DNA of 64,000 bases from assembly GCF_004010195.1 (NCBI RefSeq), contig NC_057751.1:18259325-18323324 (forward strand), written 5' to 3'. Below the pieces are notes generated by a model, which was not told the origin of the DNA, searched no databases, and saw only the letters and a list, made by a program, of their open reading frames with translations. Below, piece by piece: positions 54,029 to 64,000 of the stretch. Position numbers and translations under genes: made by a program. Source of the stretch: Chiloscyllium plagiosum. Lineage: Eukaryota. Each line of letters starts with the position of its first letter. The stretch's first letter is position 1.

Positions 54029-54139
54029 AATGCCAGTAATGAAACCAAACAATGACAATAACTTCTCATAGGACTAATAAAGTCCTTATATTTTAAGTAT
54101 CAATATCGAGTGATCTGTGGTAGACTAAGTAGTCTCATA

Positions 54140-56630
54140 GGGTCACATAGAATGGAAACAGACCCTTTGGTCCAACCAGTCCATGCTGACCATAATCCCA
54201 AACTAAACTACTCCCACCTGCATGTGCTTTGCCCATATCCCTCAAATGTTTCTCATTCAAGTACTTGTCCAAATGTCTTTTAAACATTGTAACTGTGAAC
54301 TCATCCATCACTTCCTCTGGAAGCTTATTCCAGATAGAATTCGTGTTTAAAGAAAACCTTTTGCTGTCTTTTCAAAATCTTTCACCTCTCACCTTAAAAA
54401 TATGCCTCCTAAAGTTTGAGATCCCCCACGTGAGAGAAAAGATATCTGATATTGACCTTATTTATATTCCTCATTAATTTATCAACCCCAATCAGGTCAC
54501 CTCTCAAACTCGTATGCTCAAGTGAAACCTGTCTCAGCCAACCAGCGTCTAGTTACAACTCAAATCCTCCATTCTCAGTAACATTCCAGCGAATCTCTTC
54601 GGAACCCTCTCCTGTTTGATAATATCTTTCCTGGAACACGATGACAGGAGCTAGATGTAGAACCCCTGATGTTGCCTCAACAAAATGCTGCACATCCTTA
54701 ACAAGGCATCCCAACTCTCATATTCAAAGATCTGAATAATGAAGGCAAATATGCTAAATCGCCTCTTTACACGGTGTCCATACGCAATGCAAATTTGAAA
54801 GGATTATATATCTGAACCCTTGGTGTACCTGTTTGAAAACATTGCCCAATGCACTACGTTTGATAGTATAAGTCCTGTCTTGGCTTGTTTTTACGAAACG
54901 TAATGCCATTTATTTGTTCAAGTTAACCTCTCTTTGCCACTATTCAGCCCATTGATCCAATTTATTAAGACATCTTTGTAATCTTAGAAAACATTATTCA
55001 CTATCCACTCTACCAACAATCTTTGTGTAATGACGCAAACCTGCTAAACATGCTTTATATGTTGTCACATAAGTAAGCTATACATCGAAATACTACCCCC
55101 AAAAATTTCTTTGTTCTCACCTCTCCGATCATTGACTTCAAACAGAAAGCAGGTGAACACAGGAAATGCACATGAATGGAGCTGAGATCGAGAAGGTTGA
55201 AACCATCACTTCCCTGGAGTGATAGTAACGGTCCTGGACTTCCTACATTGGATGCGATGTTCAAGAAAGCACAACAGTGCCTCTTCTTCCTCTGGCTTAG
55301 ATATTTCGGCATGCCTATAAGGAGCCTCATGACCTTCTATAGACGCATCATTGAAAGCAAACCAAATGGCAACTGCTGGTGCCAGGACAGTAAAAAACAT
55401 CACAAGGTTATGTGCACAGCCCAGACCATCATGAAAACTAACTTTCCACCTATAGACTCATTTTACACTTCCCGTTGCCGCAGAATGGCTACTAACATCA
55501 GCAAAGTCAATTCCATCCCGATAGTGCTGCCCCGCAACCTCTTCCGTCAGGCACAAGATAGAGAATTTTAAACAAACGCACCAAAGCTTCAAAAACGGGT
55601 TCGTCGTTGTTATATTTGGATGACGAATGGACTCGATAATCACAAATAATGTTGACCTTGATAATGTTCATTTTGCGTCATACACATCCTTTACAGTGTA
55701 ATCTGTGTGACTCGCTCTGTCTAAACAGTCTACCATCTGTATATTCTTGTTTATTATGATCTGTCTGTACTCCTTGCAACCAACGTTTTTCACTGTACTT
55801 GAGTAACTATGAGAATAAATCAGATCAAAGCAATCATTCGTATGAATGACAATAAAAAAAAGTGGACCCAGCACTGAAAGATGTGAGTAACCATTGGTCA
55901 CAGGTCTCCAGTCCAACAAACCACCCTCTTCAAGCACTCTCTGTATACTGTTGTTAAGACAATTTTGGATCCAATTGGCAAACTGATTTCTGAATCCCAT
56001 GTGATCTCAGTTTACTAATTAGTTTACCATCTGGAACCGTGTATAAGGCTTTACCAAATTCTATTGCTATGCTCTCGTCAATCCCTTTCGCTCCTTCCTC
56101 AAAAAGCTCAGTCAAGTTTGTGAAATACGACTTTCCTCACAGAAACCCATGCTGACTATCCCGAATTATCCTATGCTTGTCCAAATGCATATGAATACTA
56201 TCTTTCAGAATCACTTCCAGCAACTTACTTATCACCGACGTCAAACTCACAGGATTATTATTCCGAGAATTCTGCTAACATTTCTTCTTTAACAAAGGCA
56301 CATTTACCAATCTTCAGTCACCTGGCACTTCATTCATAGTTATAGGTGACACTAACATTTCTGCCAGGGGCCCGGCAATTTCCTCCCTGACCTCCCACAA
56401 GCTCTTGGAATATACGAGAATAAGTCTGGGAGATATATCTACCTTCCTTTTTCTGATATATTCAGCACTTCCTCTTCTGTAATTTTCTTTTCAAATAATC
56501 AATATTTATTTTCATTATGTTTTTAGCCTCCATTTATTTTTCCATAGCAAAAACCGATACAAAATATTAATTTAATACCTCTCCCATCTCCTCCGTCTCA
56601 GTTCAAAAATGACATCTTTGATCATTGAGC
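54140..56630 (-). mobile_element. CR1 ORF2 to 3' end, interrupted by a Rex1-like insert
   Basis: Tail at ~54140 (catagaatggaaacagaccc); WIQNCLNNSIQRV..WRPVTNG..SVLGPL resumes after ~55830. Confidence 0.8.
55090..55830 (+). mobile_element. Rex1/Babar-type LINE 3' fragment
   Basis: KKAQQCLFFLWLRYFGMPIRSLMTFYRRIIES, TAQTI..P.IDSFYTSRCRR; 3' tail with aataaatcagatcaaa. Confidence 0.7.
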
Positions 56631-56714
56631 GAGGAATGTACCTGTGGCATTTTTCACTGTGTGGGGGAACCTGCTGTGCACCAGTGGAAGTGTAAAATGC
56701 GTGTTGAATACCAT

Positions 56715-59045
56715 AGAACTCATCCATACTGACCAGAAATTCAGAAATAATCTAGTCCATTTGTATGTAAGCCAAATCTCCCTAAACCCTTATTATTCAT
56801 TGACACATCCAGATGACTAATAATTGTTGTAACTGAACCAGTCCCCACCACTTCCTCAACCTTCTGCGTGAAGAAAAACTGCCTCCTACGTCCCTTTAAA
56901 ACCTTTTCCCGCTCAGCTTAAACTTAAGCCCTGTTGTTTTCGACCCGACCCCCCACCCTGGGGAAAAATGCTTTGGTTATTACCGTTATCCATGCCATTC
57001 GTGATTTTACAGTCTTCTGTCAGGTACTTGAAGGTACTTGAATGAAAGTGGTTCCTTCAAGTACCTTCCTCAGTCTCCAATGCTCTGAGGAAAATAGATC
57101 CAGCCTTGTCAGCAGCCTTTCAAAATTAGCAACATTTTCTTAAAGCAGGAAGACGAAAGTAAACGCAGTGTACCAAAACTGGCCGAACCAATGATCTTTA
57201 AGTCACAATATAACATCCCAACTCCAGTCCTCAATGTACTGACCAATAAAGACAAGTACAGCAAATGCCTTCTTCAGTACTGTTTTTATCCGTGAACTTC
57301 AAGTACCTATGAACCTGTACCACAATGTCTCTTTGCTCGGCAACAGTCTCCAGGTCCTGACCATTAAGTGTAGAAGTACTGTTCTGATTTGCTTTGGCAA
57401 AATTCAACACCTTCCACGTACCTGAATTAAACTGCACATGCCATTCCTCACCTTATCGGCCATTTGAACAATGTCCGTCTGTAGTAACGTTCTTCACTGT
57501 ACACTATATTATATTTTTTCGTCTGAAAAATTACTAACTGTTACCCAGTATTTACATTTAAAGCATAGACTCATCGAGTCTTAGAAACCTCCAGCATGAA
57601 AACGAGCCCTTTAGCTCAACTTGGACAGTTCCCCCAGTTTTTTTGGGGAACCACTTTCATTTGTCTGGATTTGGTTGAGATTTCTTCTATCCACAAAGCT
57701 GTCTAAATGTTTCTTAAATGACGAAGTTGCATTTACTTAAGCACCACCTGAAATGCCCATATGGACTCTTTTGTATCTCTCCCTCTCACCTTAAATCTAT
57801 GCACTCTCATTTTAGACTCCCCTTCCATGTGGAAAATCTATTGGATATCTACCTTATCTATGCCTCTCATGATTTTTCAGACCTCTGGAAGGTCATCCCT
57901 CAGACTCTTACGTGCCAGGGAAAGGAGTCACAACCGATGCAATCTTTCCTCATAATTCACCCCTTCCAGTACAGCTAACATCCTAGCTATTGTTTCGTGC
58001 ACACTTTCCAGTTTGATAATTTCCTCCACAGCAAGGCGACCAGAAGAGCATGCAGTATTCCAAATGTGGCCTCACCATCGTCTTGTACTCCTGCATCAAG
58101 TCGTCCCAATTTCAATACGCAGTGCTCTGACTGATGAAAGCAAGAATGTTGAAGCCTTTTTCACCACACTGTCTTCCCGTTACACCACGTCCAAAGAGCT
58201 GAGAACCTGTCTATGACACTCCACAGGACTTCACCATTCACTGTGTAATCCCGCCCTGCTTTGACCCATCAAAATGCAGCAGCTTGTATTTATATAAATG
58301 ACCTCCTTCCGCCATTCCTGAGACCACTGGCCCAACTGATCAAGTTCTCGCTGCATTCGCAGACAACCTTCTTCACTGCCCTTTGCATCATCAATCTTGA
58401 TTTCATTGGAAGACTTATCATAATATCTCCGAAATACTTGTCCAAATCGTTTACGTAAATGACGAATAACAGTGGACCCAGCACCGAACCCTATCACAGA
58501 CCACTCAGTCACAGGATTCCAGTCTGTAAAACAACTATCTATCAGCACCTTCTGTCCTCTATCGTCCTCCAAATTTTGTTTCCACTTGGCTAGTTCTCCC
58601 TGGATCCCGTGAAATTTAACATTACGTATCAGCCTAAGACATGATACATTGGCTGAAGGCCATTTGGACAATAACTACCAAATTGTCATAATCTAACTTT
58701 ATTGCTCAATCCTAAAAAAATTCAAACAAATTCGTAAGACATAATTTCCCACGCACAAAGCAATGTTGACAATTACAACGAAGTCCCTGCCTATCTCTCA
58801 GAATCCCCTCTAACAACTCACACATCACAATCGTTAAACTCCCTGGCCTTGTCATTTGTCAGCATTGCCCTACAGCCTTTCTTAAATGATGTTACAGTAT
58901 TCGTCACTCTCCAATTTTCAGGAATTTCATGCCTAGTTGCTGATTATACAAATACATCTGCAAAGGGCCCTGCAATTTCCTCCCTGGTCTCCCACAAAGT
59001 CCTGGACTACACTTTATGTCATCCCGGGGATTTAGCGACCTTAAA
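56715..59045 (-). mobile_element. Two tandem CR1 3'/RT fragments (~56715-57560, ~57565-59045)
   Basis: MQFNSGTWKVLNF, QRDIVVQVHRYLK, LGPLLFVIYVNDLD, HGIQGELAKW. Confidence 0.85.
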
Positions 59046-59145
59046 ACCATAAGGCCATGCAGAAAAGAAGTCATTCAGCATAAGTAGACTGCTCTGTCAT
59101 TAAGTCATGGTTGATAAGTTTATCAACCACATTGTCCTGTTTGCC

Positions 59146-62100
59146 CAGAGGAGAGAGGGAGGAGCGAACGACTTCCGGGAAGGTGAGTTTAACGGTTTAA
59201 AAACCTTAGATCAGTTGTCTGGGCCTCCAATTGCCGAGAGGTGTGAGGAACGAGCGAAGGACTGGGAAGTTGAGCCTAACAGTTTAAAAACATTAGGTCA
59301 GTCATCAGGGCCTCCATTTGCGGAGAGATGCGAGGGAGGAACGAAGGACTTCTGCGGAGTTTTTAAGTGGGTGGGATCCAGGACAGTTGCATGTTCCTCC
59401 TGCAGAACGTGGCAGGTGAGAGACACTTCACATGTCTCTGGCGACTACATCTGCAGAAAGTGCACCCAACTCCAGCTCCTCGAAAACCGAGTTAGGGTAC
59501 TGGAGCTGGAGCTGGATGAACTGGGATCATCCGGGAGGCTGAGGGGGAAATTGAGAGAGTGTACAAGGAGGTGGTCACTCCCTAGATACAGGATAAGAAC
59601 AGCAGGGTTACTGTCGGGGGAGGAAAAGGGAACCAATGGTCAGAGCACGGATCCCCTGTGGCCGTTCCCCTCAACAATAAGTATACCGTTTTGGACACTG
59701 CTGGTGGGGGCAGCCTACCAGGCGAAAGCCATAATTGTCAGGTCTCTGGCACTGTGGAAAGAAGGGAAGTGTGGGGGTGGGGTGGGGAATAGAAAAACAC
59801 TAATGTTAGGGGACTCAATATTTAGATGGATTGACAGGAGATTTTGTGGTCAGTAACGGGACTCCCCGAAGGTATGTTGCCTCCCTCGTGCCAGGGTCCA
59901 GGATGTCGCTGATCGGGCTTACAAGATTCTGAAGGGATTCTGAAGGGATTCTGAAAACGTGGTATATATTGGCACCAATAATACAGGCAGGAAAAGGATT
60001 GAGGATCTGAAAAGTGACTATAGAGAGTTAGGTTGGAAGCTGAAGAACAGAACGAGTAGAGATGGGATCTCATGTTTGCTGCTGGTGCCACGAGATAGTG
60101 AGATGAGGAACGGTCAGCGAATGGAGCTTAACACGTGGCTGCGAGGCTGGTGCAGGAGGCTGGTCAGATACCTAGACCATTAGGATACCTTCTGGAGAAG
60201 GTGGGACGTGTAAATGAAGGACGGGTTGCATCTGAACTGGAGGGGTACAAATGTCCTCTGTGGAAGATTTGCTCGTGCGATTAGGGAGGGTTTAAACTAG
60301 TTTGGCACGGGGGTGGGAATCGGAGTCACATGTCTGAGAGGGGGTCAGTTGTAGAAAGGACAACATAGTGACAGAATATATTGAATCTATCGGGAAGGTT
60401 TCTCACTCGATGAAACAAAGGGATCTGCTTTAAGTGTGTCTGTTTTAATGCCAGGAGTGTCTGGAATAAGAGTGACGAACTTAGAACATGGATCAGTACT
60501 TGTGGCTACGATTTTGTGGCCATAACAGAGAAATGGGTTTCACTGGGGTAGAGATGGTTGCTTGATGTTCCAGGGGTTAGAACGTTTAAAAAGAACAAGG
60601 AAGTTCGAAAAACAGGAGGGAGGTGTAGCATTGCTAATCAGAGAGTGCATTACAGCTACAGGAACGAAGATGGTTGCGAAGGTTTTATCTACTGAGTCAG
60701 TGTTGGTGTAAGTTAGGAACAGCAAGGGAACAACAACCTCATTCGGGGTTTACTACAGACCACCAAATACCAGTAGAGAGTTTGAAGATCTCATAGGCGG
60801 ACAGGTTCTGGAGAAATGCAAAAGTAGCAGGGTTGTTGTTATGGGTGATTTCAACATTTCCAATGTCAACTGGAACCTCCTAAGTGCAAATGGTTTGGAT
60901 GGAGCCGTTTTTGTCAGGTGTGTTCAGTAGGGATTCCTTACTCAGTGTGCAGACAGACCGACGAGGGGAGAGGCCATTCTGAATTTAGTGCTCAGCCAGG
61001 ACTGGTGTCAGATCTCACAGTGGGAGAGCACTTTGATGAAAGTGATCACAACTGCCTCACACTTAGCATAACCTTAAAGAGGGAATGGAGCAGTTACCGA
61101 GTGAAGATTCTTAATTGGGGAAAAGGAAATTATGACGCTATCAGACAGGAGTTGGGAAGTACAGACTGGGAGCAATTGTTCCATAGAAAGGGCACAGCAG
61201 ACACGTGGAGACTATTTAAGGAGCACTTGTTGCGAGTGATGGAAAATGTGTTCGTCTGAGAGAGGTAAGAAGGCGTAAGATCAAGGAACCTTGGATGATG
61301 AGAACAGAGGAGCTTCTTGTCAAAAGGAAAAAGGCAGCTTGCGTAAGGTGAAGGCAGCAACGATCGAGCACAACTTTACAGGATTACAAGCTTGCTAGAA
61401 AGGAGCTCAGAAATGGACTGAGGAGAGCGATGAGGGAGCACGAAAAAGGCTTTGCAAGAAGGATTAGGGAGAACCTAATACGTGAGGAATAAGAGAATGA
61501 TCAGGGAGAAGGTAGTGGCGATTAGGGATAGCAGAGGGAACTTGTGCGTGGAGTCTGAGCAGTTAGGCGAAGCCCTCAATGAGTTATTTGAGTCGGTTTT
61601 CACCAAGGAAAGGGATATTGCTGTAAATGAAAACTTAGAGGAGCTGGGATACAGTATTGACCAGTTCTAGATTGATGAAGATGATGTGTAAGAAAATTTG
61701 GAACACATTAAGTTTGACAAGTCCCCAGGGGCAGACCAGGTTTATTCTAGGCTGCTGCGGGAAGCGAGAAAAGAAGTTGCTAAGCCGCTGGTGCGGATGT
61801 TTGCATCCTTACTCTCCACGGGAGTCGTACCAGAAGATTGGAAGGAGGCGAATGTTGTTCCATATTTCAAGAAGGGTAATAGGGAAATCTCTGGCAATTA
61901 AAGACCAGTCAGTCTCACGTCTGTGGTCAGCAAAGTTGTGTAAAGTATTCTGAGGGATAGGATTTATGTGTATTTGACAAAGCATAGTGTGATTAAAAAC
62001 AATCAGCATGGCTATGTGAGGGGCAAGTCATGCCTCACAGATGTTGTTGAGTTCTTTGAAGAGGTGTCAAGACTGGTAGACGACGGACGACTGGTAGACG

Positions 62101-63220
62101 ACGGACGAGCAGTGGATGTGGTGTAAATGGAATTAGCAAGACATTTGATAGGGTTCCCCATGGTAGACTCATTCATAAAGCCAGGAAGCATGGGTTACAG
62201 GGAAATTTGGCGAACTGGATTCAGAATTGGGTGGCTGACAGAAGGCAGAGAGTGGCTCTAGATGGAAAGTATACTGCCTGGAAGACAGTGATCAGTGGGG
62301 TTCCGCACTCGGCGCTTTGCAGTTTTTATAAATGACTTGGATGAGGAAGTTGAGGGGTGGGTTAGTAAATTTGCACATGACAAAGGTTCGAGGTGTTGTC
62401 GATAGTATAGAGGGCTACTACAGGCTGCAGCACGACATAGACAGGATGCAGAGCTGTGCTGAGAAATGGCAGATGGACTTCAACCTGGCTAAATGCGAAG
62501 TGATGCATTTTGGAAGGTCGAACTCGATTGCTGAATATAGGATTAAAGACAGGATTCTTGGCAGTGTGGAGGAACACAGGGATCTGGGTGTGCAAGTACA
62601 TAGATCTCTCAAAGTTGCCACCCAAGTGGATAGGATTGTTAAGAAAGCATATAGTGTTTTGGCTTTCATTAAATGGGGTATAGAGTTTAATAGCCACGAC
62701 GTTTTGCTGCAGCTCTACAAGTCCCTCATGAGATCACACTTAGAATATTGTGTCCAGTTCTGGCCGCCCTACTATAGGAAAGATACAGAGGCTTTGGAAA
62801 GGGTGCAAAGAAGGTTTACCAAGATGCTGCCTGGAGTGGAGGGTTGCCTTAAGAAGAAAGTTTGAATAGGCTCAGACTTTTCTCTCGAGAGAGAGAAGGA
62901 GGAAGAAAGGAGACCTGTTCGAGGAGTACAAAATAAAAGCCAGAGACCTTTCCCCAGGGCAGGATTGACTGGTACTAGGGGTCATAGTTTGAAGATATTA
63001 GGAGGAAGCTATAAAGGAGACATCAGAGGTAAGTTCTTTACGCAGAGAATTGTGAATGCACGGAATGAGTTGCCAGTTGAGGCGGTAGAAGCGAGGTCAT
63101 TGGGTAATTTAAGCGACTAATGGGCATGCACATGGATAGCAGTGAGTTGAGGGATTAAATCTTGGCACAACATCGTGGACCTAAGGGCCTGTTCTGTGCT
63201 GTACGTTTCTACGTTCTATT
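59146..63220 (+). mobile_element. Near-full-length CR1 LINE (5' UTR repeats, ORF1 Zn-finger/leucine zipper/SGNH esterase, ORF2 APE-RT), inactivated
   Basis: CSSC..CRKC, LENRVRVLELELDEL, LGDS, IGTNN, DGLHLN; FNARSV, YYRPP, MGDFN, SDHN, KSPGADQV, HLEYCVQFW; tail ttctacgttctat. Confidence 0.95.
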
Positions 63221-64000
63221 CCGTGACCCTCGATACCCTTGACAATCAAGTATGTATCTATCTCCGTTTTAAATATCCTCAATGACTTGGCCTCCACAGC
63301 ATCCTGTGCCACTGAATTCCATAAATCACAATACGTTTTTAGATTTCCAACACGTCCTCTTCTGGAATGTGGACTCTCGTCAAGATTTCATCATTTGATT
63401 CCATAAGTTCCCTCACGTCCATTTTTCAGCTTCCATGTTCACAGCTGCCCCTGCGATGGCTCTCCCTAAATCACCATCACCCCATAACTTCAAGTCTCCA
63501 TGCTGTTCACATTGCCCGTTATGTTCCTTACTCTTATTCTCTGTGACCTCACCGAGTAATTGTTCAATCTTTCCAGTCCTAACCTCTCTGGCCGCCAATC
63601 TTCACGTCCATCTGAGCCATCCGGGATCTTGCTGTTTCTTTCGAAACATCATTCTGTCTGCACAACAGCATCAGGTCCGTCTCAACGTCAGTAGTACATG
63701 CATCTGTCTAAATATCCTTGTCTCTCCGTGTTCCATACTTCCTTATGTTTGTTTGTCTCTACATGTTTTGCAATTTTTCTCCCCTTTTTCCAACTCTTCT
63801 TTCCCTCTATGTTTCTCTCCATCAGTTGTCTCTAAATCTGTTTGGCCGGTATTGCTCCCGAGGTATTTGTTCCCGTGGTCTCCTTGACTTTGGTTCTCTG
63901 CTTTGTCGAAGCATTCTGTATCTCCTTCCTTGTTTCTGTGTTTCTCCCTCTTGTACCGTTGTGTATTTCTTTCTCTTTCCATCCCCCTTCTTTTCCCAGT

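Noticed and set aside
53651..54071. Two similar 118-aa ORFs on opposite strands (EKCVAGK.QQVR.HPRSR)
   Set aside because: Artefact of the DNA palindrome, not a protein-coding pair
63400..64000. Short ORFs in the pyrimidine-rich window end
   Set aside because: Low complexity, no motifs; possibly an old LINE remnant but unassignable

Overview
Vertebrate DNA, almost certainly from a shark/elasmobranch (inferred from HE1-type tRNA-derived SINEs and a dense load of CR1 LINEs). Most of the window is decayed retroelement: many nested CR1 fragments, one near-full-length CR1 (59146-63220), SINEs, a Gypsy pol plus LTR remnant, a Rex1/Babar fragment and Penelope-like (PLE) pieces. Embedded in it is a same-strand tandem cluster of two-exon class A GPCR genes of the GPR139/GPR142-like type. 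One copy is apparently intact (exons 10596-10734 and 11954-12909, 364 aa). There are also two pseudogene exon 2s (~2495-3380, 46217-47124) and two degenerate exon 1s (~35640-35803, 42712-42761). Two signals stand out. (1) A 21-bp/7-codon tandem repeat upstream of the intact gene's ATG would encode an N-glycosylation-sequon-bearing N-terminal extension, but is split by a 1-nt frame offset. (2) At least six short PLE-derived inserts, five flanked by target-site duplications, carry minimal hammerhead-ribozyme-like cores; four are fold-back palindromes. Repeat boundaries and family names were assigned by eye and are approximate.
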